Translations under genes and position numbers: made by a program | DNA from: Pseudomonas aeruginosa | GTDB taxonomy: Bacteria > Pseudomonadota > Gammaproteobacteria > Pseudomonadales > Pseudomonadaceae | Direction: 5' to 3' | Assembly: GCF_001457615.1 (NCBI RefSeq) | Contig: NZ_LN831024.1 | Coordinates: 5,190,001-5,222,000 of the forward strand | Length of the DNA stretch: 32,000 nt | In this document: positions 11,527 through 20,763 of the stretch, in pieces | How positions within the stretch are numbered: the stretch's first letter is position 1 | How the letters are laid out: every line of letters begins with the position of its first letter | Notes under the pieces: model-generated | What the model was told of the DNA's origin: nothing | Databases searched by the model: none | The model's input: only the letters and a program-made list of their open reading frames with translations

Positions 11527-11730
11527 TCAGCAGCAGCGGATCGGCCGACCCTTGCCGCCACCGTAGCGCGCCTCCTGGCGCTCGCGGAAGAACTCCTCGT
11601 AGGTCATCACCGGCTTGTCCGGGTGCTTGTTGCGCATGTGCTCGACATAGGTGTCGTAGTCGGGCATGCCGACCAGCATCCGGGCGGCCTGGCCCAGGTA
11701 CTTGCCCATGCGACTGAGGTCATTGAACAT
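11527..11730 (-). CDS. YbdD/YjiX family small protein
   Basis: 67-aa protein [67 protein letters not shown], immediately downstream of the cstA-like gene, matching the conserved arrangement. Confidence 0.92.
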   Translation of the reverse strand: MFNDLSRMGKYLGQAARMLVGMPDYDTYVEHMRNKHPDKPVMTYEEFFRERQEARYGGGKGRPIRCC

Positions 11731-11778
11731 GGCGAGTTCCTCGTTAAGGCTCCCCGGCGAACCGGGGAGCGCGGCCGG

Positions 11779-13845
11779 TCAGGCGTCGGGGATGGGCTCG
11801 AACGGGGTTTCCTTGTCGGTCCGCTCGCTCTTGCCCCAGGCCGCGATGCCGACCTTGATGGCGTAGAACAGTACGCTGAACACCACCAGCAGGAACAGCA
11901 CGGTCAGACCGGCGTTGATGTAGGCGTTCAGCACCACGTGCTGCATCTGGCCGATATCCTTGGCCGGCGCCAGCACCTGGCCGGCATCCAGCGCGGTGGC
12001 GTACTTCTCGCCAAGAGCGACGAAGCCGACCGCCGGGTTGCTGTCGAAGATCTTGATCAGGCCCGCGGTGGTGGTGCAGATCAGCAACCAGGCCGCCGGC
12101 AGGATGGTGACCCAGACATACTGCTGGCGCTTCATCTTGATCAGGACCACGGTGGCGAGCATCAGCGCGATGCCGGCGAGCATCTGGTTGGAAATGCCGA
12201 ACAGCGGCCACAGGGTATTGATCCCGCCCAGCGGGTCGACCACGCCCTGGTACAGCAGCCAGCCCCACAGCGCCACGCAGCCGCCGGTGCCGATGATGTT
12301 GGCGGTCCACGACTCGGTCTTCTTCAGCGCCGGCACGAAGTTGCCCAGCAGGTCCTGCAGCATGAAGCGCCCGGCACGGGTGCCGGCGTCCACCGCGGTG
12401 AGGATGAACAAGGCCTCGAAGAGGATCGCGAAGTGGTACCAGAAGGCCATGGTGTTCTCGCCCGGCAGCACCTGGTGGAGGATGTGCGCGATCCCCACCG
12501 CCAGGGTCGGCGCGCCGCCGGCACGGGCCAGGATGGTGGTCTCGCCGATGTCCTGGGCGGTCTGGGTGAGTTGCTCCGGCGTGATGGCGAAGCCCCAGCT
12601 GCTGACGGTCGCGGCCACCGCGTTGACGTCGGCGCCGACCACCGCCGGCGGGCTGTTCATGGCGAAGTAGATGCCTGGTTCGATCACCGAGGCGGCGACC
12701 ATCGCCATGATCGCCACGAAGGACTCCATCAGCATGCCGCCGTAGCCGATGTAGCGGGCGTCGGGCTCGCGGTTGAGCAGCTTCGGCGTGGTCCCCGAGG
12801 AGATCAGCGCGTGGAAGCCGGACACCGCGCCGCAGGCGATGGTGATGAACAGGAACGGGAACAGGCTGCCTTTCCAGACCGGGCCGGTGCCGTCGGTGAA
12901 CTGGGTCAGGGCCGGCATCTTCAGTTCCGGCATGACGATCAGGATGCCGATCGCCAGGCCGATGATGGTGCCGATCTTGAGGAAGGTCGACAGGTAGTCG
13001 CGCGGCGCCAGCAGCAGCCACACCGGCAGTACCGAGGCGACGGCGCCGTAGCCGATCAGCATCCAGGTGATCTGGATTCCACTGAAGGTGAAATGCGGCG
13101 CCCATTCCGGACTGGCCGCGACCTGCCCGCCGAGCCAGATCGAACCGAGCAGGAGGAACACCCCGATGATCGAGATCTCGCCGATCCGGCCGGGGCGGAT
13201 GAAGCGCATGTAGACGCCCATGAACAGCGCGATGGGAATGGTCGCGAGGACGGTGAACATGCCCCAGGGGCTGTCGGCCAGAGCCTTCACCACGATCAGC
13301 GCGAGCACCGCGAGGATGATGATCATGATCAGGAAGGCGCCGAACAGCGCGATGGTCCCGGCCACCTGGCCCATTTCCTCGCGCACCAGCTCGCCCAGCG
13401 AGCGGCCGTTGCGACGGCTGGAGATGAACAGGACCATGAAGTCCTGCACCGCGCCGGCGAGGACTACGCCGGCGATCAGCCAGAGGGTGCCGGGCAGGTA
13501 GCCCATCTGCGCGGCAAGGACCGGACCGACCAGCGGACCGGCGCCGGCGATGGCGGCGAAGTGGTGGCCGAAGAGGATGTGCTTGTTGGTCGGGACGTAG
13601 TCCAGGCCATCGTTGTTGAGTACCGCGGGAGTGGCGCGGTTGGGGTCCAGTTGCATCACCTTGCTGGCGATGAACAGGCTGTAGTAACGGTAGGCGACCA
13701 GGTAGATGGCCACCGCCGCCACCACGATCCACAAGGCGTTGATCGCTTCGCCACGACGCAGGGCGACGACGCCCAGGGCCGCGGCGCCCACGATCGCCAC
13801 CACCAGCCAGGCGAGGTGACGTAGCAGGCTATTGTTATTGTTCAT
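11779..13845 (-). CDS. cstA: CstA/BtsT family carbon starvation (pyruvate or peptide) transporter
   Basis: 688-aa multi-TM protein with CstA motifs LFGHHFAAIAGAGPLVGPVLAAQMGYLPGTLWLIAGVVLAGAVQDFMVLFISSRRNGRSLGE. Confidence 0.95.
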   Translation of the reverse strand: MNNNNSLLRHLAWLVVAIVGAAALGVVALRRGEAINALWIVVAAVAIYLVAYRYYSLFIASKVMQLDPNRATPAVLNNDGLDYVPTNKHILFGHHFAAIAGAGPLVGPVLAAQMGYLPGTLWLIAGVVLAGAVQDFMVLFISSRRNGRSLGELVREEMGQVAGTIALFGAFLIMIIILAVLALIVVKALADSPWGMFTVLATIPIALFMGVYMRFIRPGRIGEISIIGVFLLLGSIWLGGQVAASPEWAPHFTFSGIQITWMLIGYGAVASVLPVWLLLAPRDYLSTFLKIGTIIGLAIGILIVMPELKMPALTQFTDGTGPVWKGSLFPFLFITIACGAVSGFHALISSGTTPKLLNREPDARYIGYGGMLMESFVAIMAMVAASVIEPGIYFAMNSPPAVVGADVNAVAATVSSWGFAITPEQLTQTAQDIGETTILARAGGAPTLAVGIAHILHQVLPGENTMAFWYHFAILFEALFILTAVDAGTRAGRFMLQDLLGNFVPALKKTESWTANIIGTGGCVALWGWLLYQGVVDPLGGINTLWPLFGISNQMLAGIALMLATVVLIKMKRQQYVWVTILPAAWLLICTTTAGLIKIFDSNPAVGFVALGEKYATALDAGQVLAPAKDIGQMQHVVLNAYINAGLTVLFLLVVFSVLFYAIKVGIAAWGKSERTDKETPFEPIPDA

Positions 13846-14140
13846 AGTGTTTGGCTTCCGACAGATGGAGGGCGCAGTTCTGCAGCGAAAATTCTAGCCG
13901 CGAACCGACCAGGGGTCATACGACCTTAGTCTAGAGCGGTTACCGCGCGATGGCGGTAGGCGCAATGTCGCAGGAATCCGCCGGAAAAGTCCATGGCCGA
14001 CAAGGGCCGGCCAGGCGAAAACGCTTCGGCGCGACCTTGCCCTCTCCGTAGGAAGCGCCCTGGGAAAACGCCGTATGCCCAAGCCGTTCGTCTGCCGTGG
14101 CAACGGAGGCGGCAACCTCCGGCGGGCAGGCCGCGCACAC

Positions 14141-14168
14141 GAAAAAGCCCGCCGTAGCGGGCTCTTTC
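14141..14168 (-). terminator. Rho-independent terminator downstream of the DUF3015-like gene
   Basis: AGCCCGC-cgta-GCGGGCT hairpin, followed by TTTTT in minus-strand orientation. Confidence 0.8.
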
Positions 14169-14182
14169 CTGGGCCTGAAATC

Positions 14183-14689
14183 TCAGGCCGGTTGCTTGGC
14201 GTAGCGCGCCAGGGTGCCGTCGCGACTCATCACCGCCAGGGTGTTGCTCAGGACCTGTTCGCCCGTCGCATCCTTGCTCGCGAAGATCTCGCCGAAATGC
14301 TGCTGGGTGACCTGGGCGAAGTGCGCCCGGTCCTTGGCTTCCACGCCGAGCAGCACGGCATAGGCGTCGAGCGCTTCGCCCTGGCCCTTGGCCATGTCCT
14401 CGGCGATGTTGTCGAGCATCCCGTTCATGGCGAAGATCGAGCGGCCGCCGTAGCCCAGGCGTGCATTGGTGTTGCAACCGTTGGTCCCGGAGGTCATGCC
14501 GAAGGTGGCGTTGCCCGAGGTACCGTTGGTGGTGGTGGCCAGCAGGTGCGGGAACAGGCCGCGCTGGCCCTCGAACACCATGTTGCCCCAACCACAGCCA
14601 TTACCGCCTGCCGCGTCGGCGTGTGCCGTCATGCTGCCCAGGCTCAGCAGCCCCAGAACCAACCCCTTGCTCAAAAGTCGCTTGTCCAT
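14183..14689 (-). CDS. Secreted protein, DUF3015-like
   Basis: Signal peptide [29 protein letters not shown], then [47 protein letters not shown]. Start moved to ATG at 14689. Confidence 0.85.
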
Positions 14690-14891
14690 GTCTGCGCTCC
14701 GCAGTTGTATTTTGGAGAAAAACGCTTTAGCAGCTTTGGCGAGACTTGACGAACTGTCAAACTCGGACACATGCCGCCGATCCAGCCGCACAGGCGGGGA
14801 CGGACGGCACCGCCGATCGAATTCCGCCACTTCCCCGCCGGCATGGCTTGGCTATAGTGGTATCCAGCAGCGCGCACCGAGGGATCGCGAC

Positions 14892-15269
14892 ATGAGTGAC
14901 CAGCACGACGAACGACGACGTTTCCACCGGATCGCCTTCGACGCCGACAGCGAGATCCTCCAGGGCGAACGGCGCTGGGAGGTCTTGCTCCACGACGTCT
15001 CCCTGCACGGCATCCTGGTCGGCCAGCCGCAGGACTGGAACGGCGACCCGCAACGGCCCTTCGAGGCCCGCCTGTACCTGGGCCTGGATGTACTGATCCG
15101 CATGGAGATCAGCCTGGCCTGGGCTCGCGACGGCCTGCTCGGCTTCGAATGCCAGCACATCGACCTCGACTCCATCAGCCACCTGCGCCGCCTGGTGGAA
15201 CTGAACCTGGGCGACGAGGAACTCCTCGAGCGCGAGCTGGCCCTGCTGGTCAGCGCCCACGACGACTGA
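14892..15269 (+). CDS. mapZ: PilZ-domain c-di-GMP binding protein MapZ
   Basis: 125 aa, [43 protein letters not shown], containing the PilZ signature RRRFHR and the DxSxxG-like element DVSLHG. Confidence 0.93.
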
Positions 15270-15275
15270 GGCGGG

Positions 15276-16637
15276 TCACTCGAAGAGGGCGTCCAGGGCC
15301 TGCTCGAGGCGCGTCACGGCGATCACCTGCAATCCCGCCGGCGCCTCCTTCGGCGCGTTGCCGAGGGGTACGATGGCACGCTTGAAACCATGCTTGCCGG
15401 CTTCCTTCAGGCGCTCCTGGCCGCTCGGCACCGGACGCACCTCGCCGGACAGCCCGACCTCGCCGAACACCAGCAGGTCGTGCGGCAGCGGGCGGTTGCG
15501 CAGGCTGGACATCACCGCCGCCATCAACGCCAGGTCGGAGGCGGTTTCCAGCACCTTGACCCCACCCACCACGTTGAGGAACACGTCCTGGTCGTAGGTC
15601 GGGATACCGCCGTGCCGGTGCAGCACCGCCAGCAGCATCGCCAGGCGGTTCTGGTCGAGGCCCAGGGTCACCCGCCGCGGATTCGCCAGGTGACTGGTGT
15701 CGACCAGCGCCTGGACCTCCACCAGCATCGGCCGCGAGCCTTCCCAGGTGGCCATCACCACGCTGCCGGGCACCGCTTCCTGGGCCCGCGTGAGGAAGAT
15801 CGCCGAAGGGTTGCTCACTTCCTTCAGGCCTTTGTCGGTCATGCCGAACACTCCCAGTTCGTTGACCGCGCCGAAGCGGTTCTTCACCGCCCGCAGCAGG
15901 CGCAGGCGGCCGTCTGATTCGCCCTCGAAATACAGTACGGTGTCGACCATGTGTTCGAGCACCCGCGGGCCGGCCAGGGCGCCTTCCTTGGTCACGTGGC
16001 CGACCAGGAAGATCGCCGTGCCGCTCTGCTTGGCATAGCGCACCAGCATCGCGGCGCTCTCGCGGACCTGGGCGACGCCACCCGGCGCCGATTGCAACTG
16101 CTCGGTGAAGATGGTCTGGATCGAGTCGATCACCATCACCCGCGGCTGCTCCTGGCGCGCGGTGGCGATGATGGTTTCGATGCTGGTCTCGGTCATCACC
16201 TTGAGCTTGTCTTCCGGCAACGACAGGCGCCGCGCGCGCATCGCCACCTGCTGCTGGGATTCCTCGCCGGTGACGTACAGCGCCGGGACGCGGCTGGCCA
16301 GGTTGCAAAGGGTCTGCAGGAGAATGGTCGACTTGCCGATGCCGGGATCGCCGCCGATCAGCACCACCGAACCGTCCACCAGGCCGCCGCCGAGAACCCG
16401 GTCCAGTTCGGTGGAGCCGGTCGTGAAGCGCGGCATTTCCTCGACGCTGACCTCCGCCAGGGTCTTCAGGTTGGCCTGCTGGCCGGCCCAGCCGCCGCGG
16501 CCGGAGCCGCTCGGCGCGGCCTCGACGACGGTCTCCACCAGGGTGTTCCAGGCCCCGCAGTCCGCGCACTGGCCGGCCCATTTCGGGAAGGTCGCGCCAC
16601 ACTCGGTGCAGCCGTACATGCGCTTGGCCTTGGCCAT
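15276..16637 (-). CDS. radA: DNA repair protein RadA (Sms)
   Basis: 453 aa from MAKAKRMYGCTECGATFPKWAGQCADCGAWNT (C4 zinc finger). Walker A GGDPGIGKSTLL, RadA motif KNRFG, C-terminal Lon-like domain. Confidence 0.97.
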   Translation of the reverse strand: MAKAKRMYGCTECGATFPKWAGQCADCGAWNTLVETVVEAAPSGSGRGGWAGQQANLKTLAEVSVEEMPRFTTGSTELDRVLGGGLVDGSVVLIGGDPGIGKSTILLQTLCNLASRVPALYVTGEESQQQVAMRARRLSLPEDKLKVMTETSIETIIATARQEQPRVMVIDSIQTIFTEQLQSAPGGVAQVRESAAMLVRYAKQSGTAIFLVGHVTKEGALAGPRVLEHMVDTVLYFEGESDGRLRLLRAVKNRFGAVNELGVFGMTDKGLKEVSNPSAIFLTRAQEAVPGSVVMATWEGSRPMLVEVQALVDTSHLANPRRVTLGLDQNRLAMLLAVLHRHGGIPTYDQDVFLNVVGGVKVLETASDLALMAAVMSSLRNRPLPHDLLVFGEVGLSGEVRPVPSGQERLKEAGKHGFKRAIVPLGNAPKEAPAGLQVIAVTRLEQALDALFE

Positions 16638-16746
16638 GGGAACTCCTCTCGCGGGCAAAGCGCAGATGATAGCCGCTGGCTTGATTCCGATCAGCCTCGA
16701 TCGACCGCGCTTCGCGCGACACTGATGGCCGGACAAGGAGACTTCC

Positions 16747-17181
16747 ATGCGCACACTGCTGTTCCTGCACCTGCTGGGTGCCGCGATCTGGGTCGGCGGC
16801 CACCTGGTCCTGGCCCTCGGCATCCTCCCCGGCGCCCTGCGCCGCCGCGATCCCCAGGCGATCCGCGCCTTCGAGCAGGTCTACGAGCGGATCGGCATCC
16901 CCGCCCTGCTGCTGCAGGTGGTCAGCGGCCTGTGGCTGGCCAGCCTGTGGCTGCCGTTCGACCACTGGTTCGGCGCCACGTCGGTGGCCCGTGCCCTGCA
17001 GCTCAAGCTGCTGCTCCTGGCGGCGACCGCCGCCCTGGGCGTGCATGCGCGCCTGCGCCTGATCCCGAACCTGGACGCCGAGAGCCTGCCGAAGCTGGGC
17101 TGGCACATCGCCGCGATCACCCTGGTGGGCCTGGGTTTCGTCGCGGTCGGACAGAGTTTCCGTTTCGGCGGCGCCTTCTGA
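16747..17181 (+). CDS. Small integral membrane protein, CopD-like
   Basis: 144 aa with four predicted TM segments: MRTLLFLHLLGAAIWVGGHLVLALGILPGALRR...LALGVHARLRLIP. Confidence 0.8.
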   Translation: MRTLLFLHLLGAAIWVGGHLVLALGILPGALRRRDPQAIRAFEQVYERIGIPALLLQVVSGLWLASLWLPFDHWFGATSVARALQLKLLLLAATAALGVHARLRLIPNLDAESLPKLGWHIAAITLVGLGFVAVGQSFRFGGAF

Positions 17182-17190
17182 GCATGCCCA

Positions 17191-17225
17191 CATGAAAAAG
17201 GGCGCCGGAGGCGCCCTTTTTCATG
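17191..17225. terminator. Bidirectional rho-independent terminator between convergent genes
   Basis: CATGAAAAAGGGCGCC-GGA-GGCGCCCTTTTTCATG, perfect 16-bp arms with A and T tracts. Confidence 0.9.
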
Positions 17226-17242
17226 CCGTTGTCGTGAATGAA

Positions 17243-17497
17243 TCAATGGCCTTTTCCGTTGGCCTTCCTCAGCCTCTCGGCGATTTCGTCCTTGAGTTGC
17301 ACCCGTTGCTGCTTCAACCCCTGCAGCGCCAGGTCGTCGAGGGGTTCGCGACCGCCCTCGACCTCATAGATGCGCTTGTCGAGGCTCTCATAGTCCGCCG
17401 CCAGGCGAGTGAAGTGGGCGTCGTTGCCATGAAGTTGCTTCAGTTCGGCATGAAAATCCGGAAACTCCCGGGAAAGCGGATGTTGCTCGAGCGGCAT
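17243..17497 (-). CDS. YdcH/DUF465 family small protein
   Basis: 84 aa, MPLEQHPLSREFPDFHAELKQLHGNDAHFTRLAADYESLDKRIYEVEGGREPLDDLALQGLKQQRVQLKDEIAERLRK, the characteristic YdcH pattern. Confidence 0.88.
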   Translation of the reverse strand: MPLEQHPLSREFPDFHAELKQLHGNDAHFTRLAADYESLDKRIYEVEGGREPLDDLALQGLKQQRVQLKDEIAERLRKANGKGH

Positions 17498-17571
17498 GAC
17501 GGACCTCCTCTGACGTTGTATACGACACCTCCAGACTAGCCCAGCAGGCCTCCTCCGAACATTGCCCCCGA

Positions 17572-18114
17572 TCACCTCGCCGCCGCAGTGCCGTTCAGTT
17601 CGCCGCGTCGCAGGCTTTCCACGCTGTTGCCCAGCGCATCGCGGGCGCCAAGGTCGGCACCGCGCGCCGACAGCGCCTGGAGCAGCTCCTCGCGCTCGAA
17701 CAGCGCCGCGTACATGGCCGCGGTCTGCCCTGCGCCGTTGCGCTGGTCGGGGCTGCATTGCGCGCCGATCAGGCGCCGGGCGATGCGGACCTCGCCCTTG
17801 AAGATGGCGCCCATCAGGGCGGTGTTGCCGCGCGCATCCTGGACGCAGGGGTCGGCACCGGCCTCCAGCAATTGTTCCACCGCTCCGCCATGGCCGTGGT
17901 AGGCGGCCAGGATCAGCCCGGTATAGCCCTTGGCATCCTGCACATCGAGGTCGAAGCCGGCCTCGACGAACTCCTTCAGCATGGCCTGGTCACCGCGTCG
18001 GGCGGCATCGAAGAAGTAGTCGCGCAACCGCGCTTCGACCTCGACCCCATGCACCTCGCCAGCTTGCGCGGCCAGCGCCGCGAGCAGCAAGCCTGCCAGA
18101 ATCCAACCTCGCAT
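17572..18114 (-). CDS. ankB: Ankyrin-repeat protein AnkB, exported
   Basis: Signal-like MRGWILAGLLLAALAAQAGEV, then ankyrin repeats (DVQDAKGYTGLILAAYHGHGGAVEQLLEAGADPCVQDARGNTALMGA), downstream of katB. An alternative start is at 18123. Confidence 0.92.
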   Translation of the reverse strand: MRGWILAGLLLAALAAQAGEVHGVEVEARLRDYFFDAARRGDQAMLKEFVEAGFDLDVQDAKGYTGLILAAYHGHGGAVEQLLEAGADPCVQDARGNTALMGAIFKGEVRIARRLIGAQCSPDQRNGAGQTAAMYAALFEREELLQALSARGADLGARDALGNSVESLRRGELNGTAAAR

Positions 18115-18146
18115 CGTCGTCATCTCCCACCAAACCGATAGAGGAA

Positions 18147-18167
18147 GGGCGGCCTGGATGGCCGCCC
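18147..18167. other. Intercistronic GC hairpin between katB and ankB
   Basis: GGGCGGCC-tggat-GGCCGCCC perfect 8-bp stem. No T tract follows on the minus strand. Confidence 0.6.
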
Positions 18168-18176
18168 CGGTTGCGA

Positions 18177-19718
18177 TCAATCCTGGAGCTTCGCCGCCAG
18201 TTGCCGGACGCGCTGCAGATCGGCCCCGGCCACCTTGGCCAGGCCCGTGCCGTAGTCGCTGTCAGCCTTGTAGAAGTAGGAAAGCATGATGTACTTGCTC
18301 TCGTCGTCGGTGATCGCCAACGCCCCGCCGAGACTGGCGATCAGGTCGGCCTGGTCCTTCTTGCCGTAGGAGCGGAACAGCTCGCCGGTCTGCTTGAAGT
18401 TCTGCTCGCGCTGGATCTTCGCCTGCTGGGTGGTGCCGCTCAGCGGGGTCCGCACGTAGCGGGCGCTGGCCTGCTCCTCGCGCGGATCGAGCCGGCTCGG
18501 CTGGTAGTTCACCCCGCTGGTACTGTGTCCGGCGTTCAGCGCGCCGTCCTGGTTGACGGTATTGACCTCGCTGCGCGGGCGGTTGACCGGCAGGCCCAGG
18601 CCGTTGGCGCCGACCCGGTACATCTGGGTATCGGCGTAGGCGAACAGCCGTCCCTGGAGCAGGCGATCCTCGGAGGGCTCGATGCCCGGCACCAGGTTCG
18701 ACGGCGCCATGGCGACCTGTTCGGTTTCCTGGAAGAAGTTGTCGACGTTGCGGTTCAGCACCATCTGGCCGATCTTGCGCTCGGGAATGCCCGGCCAGAT
18801 CTTGGTCGCGTCCAGCGGGTCGAAGTCGAATTTCGCCAGGTCCTCGGGCTTGAGCACCTGGATGTACAGGTCCCATTTCGGGAAGTCGCCCTTCCGGATC
18901 GCGCTCACCAGGTCATTGGTCATGTGGCTGTAGTCGCGCCCCTGGACTTCCGCCACCTGTTTCGGATCGAGGTTCTTCTGGCCCTGCAGGCTCTTCCAGT
19001 GGAACTTCACGTAGTGCACTTCGCCCCTGGCGTTGACCAGCTTGTAGGCATGCACGCTGTTACCGTCCATTTCCCGGTAGCTGGCCGGGGTGCCCTCGTT
19101 GGAATACAGCAGGGTCAGGGTGCGGGTCGCCTCCGGCACGTGGGAGAAGAAATCGAAGCGTCGCGAGTCGTCGTCGAGGTTGCTGCGCGGGTCCGGCTTG
19201 AAGGCATGGACCATGTCCGGGAACTTGATCGCATCGCGGATGAAGAAGGTCGGGAAGTTGTTGCCCACCAGGTCCCAATTGCCGTCTGCGGTATAGAACT
19301 TGGTGGCGAAACCGCGCGGATCGCGCAGGGTTTCCGGGGAGTGGTGGCCGTGCACCACCGCGGAGAAGCGCACGAATACCGGGGTCTTCTCGCCCTTGCG
19401 GAAGACCTTGGCCATGCTCAGGTCGCTGATATCGGCACTGGCGACGAACTCGCCATGGGCGCCGGTGCCGCGGGCATGCACCACGCGTTCGGGAATACGC
19501 TCGCGGTCGAAACGTTGCAGCTTCTGCAGCAGTTGCACGTCCTGCAGCAGCACCGAACCGTTGGGCCCGGCGGTCTGCGAGTTCTGGTTGTCGCCCACTG
19601 GCGCACCGTTGTCACGGGTCAGGGTCGCGGCCTGCACGGACAGCGACAGGAGGCTGGCGGTCAGGCTTGCCGCCACCAGCAGGCGGCCGGGACGGAAGGC
19701 GTTCAGGGAAGGGTTCAT
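18177..19718 (-). CDS. katB: Periplasmic (signal-peptide bearing) catalase KatB
   Basis: 513 aa. N-terminal signal MNPSLNAFRPGRLLVAASLTASLLSLSVQA, catalase motifs FVRFSAVVHGHHSPETLRDPRGFATKFYT and RLFAYADTQMYRVG (heme-ligand region). Confidence 0.96.
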   Translation of the reverse strand: MNPSLNAFRPGRLLVAASLTASLLSLSVQAATLTRDNGAPVGDNQNSQTAGPNGSVLLQDVQLLQKLQRFDRERIPERVVHARGTGAHGEFVASADISDLSMAKVFRKGEKTPVFVRFSAVVHGHHSPETLRDPRGFATKFYTADGNWDLVGNNFPTFFIRDAIKFPDMVHAFKPDPRSNLDDDSRRFDFFSHVPEATRTLTLLYSNEGTPASYREMDGNSVHAYKLVNARGEVHYVKFHWKSLQGQKNLDPKQVAEVQGRDYSHMTNDLVSAIRKGDFPKWDLYIQVLKPEDLAKFDFDPLDATKIWPGIPERKIGQMVLNRNVDNFFQETEQVAMAPSNLVPGIEPSEDRLLQGRLFAYADTQMYRVGANGLGLPVNRPRSEVNTVNQDGALNAGHSTSGVNYQPSRLDPREEQASARYVRTPLSGTTQQAKIQREQNFKQTGELFRSYGKKDQADLIASLGGALAITDDESKYIMLSYFYKADSDYGTGLAKVAGADLQRVRQLAAKLQD

Positions 19719-20245
19719 GGAAGAGCTCCTAATGGCTTGTCAGGCGTCTTGTTGCGCCCGACCAAGGTAAGGAGCGCCGCCGGCGACGCTAAATTGAAAA
19801 ACCTCACCGCGCCGATTAGGAATATCAATGCGCCCATGAATCGCAAAAAGAAATAAAAAAGACCGCCAGCCGAAGAAAGCCCGCGCTGGTGCACCAGGCA
19901 CTCCCAGTTCGCTCGCCGGTAAACGAGTTCACCTTCGTTATTTGCCTGCGAAGTTAGGTCGGAGAACCTCGCCACTCCAACTTCAACTTCCGGCATCTGC
20001 ATGGCGCAGTTCCAAGTTGCCGAAGTTGCTTTGTCTTCTTTCTTGGCGAATTCCTGAAAATCGACATGAGTGTAATGTTTTTCCTCTAAACTTCGTTTCT
20101 CCCCACAAGACCCGACGCAAACGTATGCCTTGCGAATTTTCGCGTTGCCGGGGGGAACCAAAACACCAATCTTCCAGCCTGAGCAACTTGCCGAAGGCTG
20201 CATTAGACTGCCTTTACCTATTAGCGAAATACAGGGAGTGAACCC

Positions 20246-20659
20246 ATGGGTCTTCTGAGTGAATTCAAAGCCTTTGCCGTCAAGGGCAATGTCGTGGATA
20301 TGGCTGTCGGTATCATCATCGGCGCGGCCTTCGGCAAGATCGTCTCGTCCTTCGTGGGCGATGTGATCATGCCGCCGATCGGACTGCTGATCGGCGGAGT
20401 CGACTTCTCCGACCTGGCGATAACGTTGAAGGCCGCCGAAGGCGACGTGCCGGCGGTGGTGCTGGCCTATGGCAAGTTCATTCAGACCGTACTCGACTTC
20501 GTCATCGTGGCCTTCGCCATCTTCATGGGGGTCAAGGCGATCAACCGCCTCAAGCGCGAAGAAGCCGTCGCGCCGTCCGAACCGCCAGTGCCGAGTGCCG
20601 AGGAAACCCTGCTGACCGAGATCCGCGATCTGCTGAAAGCCCAGCAGAACAAGTCGTGA
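20246..20659 (+). CDS. mscL: Large-conductance mechanosensitive channel MscL
   Basis: 137 aa [57 protein letters not shown]. Confidence 0.98.
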
Positions 20660-20674
20660 TCGCGTCGGCGGAAC

Positions 20675-20708
20675 AATGAAAAAGGGCCCGAACGGGCCCT
20701 TTTTCATT
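20675..20708. terminator. Bidirectional rho-independent terminator between mscL and the fpr-like gene
   Basis: AATGAAAAAGGGCCCG-AA-CGGGCCCTTTTTCATT. Confidence 0.92.
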
Positions 20709-20763
20709 GCCGGACAACACGCCGGGCGGCAGCGTTATCCGCCGCTACTGCGCGGGCACGCAC

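Noticed and set aside
11623-13824. 733-aa plus-strand ORF opposite cstA
   Set aside because: Antisense shadow of a membrane protein gene, with composition rich in H, D, Q, G and R and no recognisable fold.
18171-19856. 561-aa plus-strand ORF opposite katB
   Set aside because: Antisense shadow of the well-supported catalase gene.
19780-19860. Possible OxyR site upstream of katB
   Set aside because: OxyR control is expected from the literature, but I could not align a convincing ATAG-N7-CTAT type tetrad by eye, so no site is claimed.
19942-20241. 99-aa plus-strand ORF just before mscL
   Set aside because: No credible RBS or domain, and unusual K/R-rich composition. It ends four bases before the mscL ATG, but coding evidence is weak.
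19715-20707. 330-aa minus-strand ORF spanning mscL and the katB-mscL gap, considered as a possible unknown gene
   Set aside because: Most of it is antisense to mscL and its first residues lie in the terminator hairpin. The gap portion alone has no convincing start, RBS or domain, so I treat it as chance.
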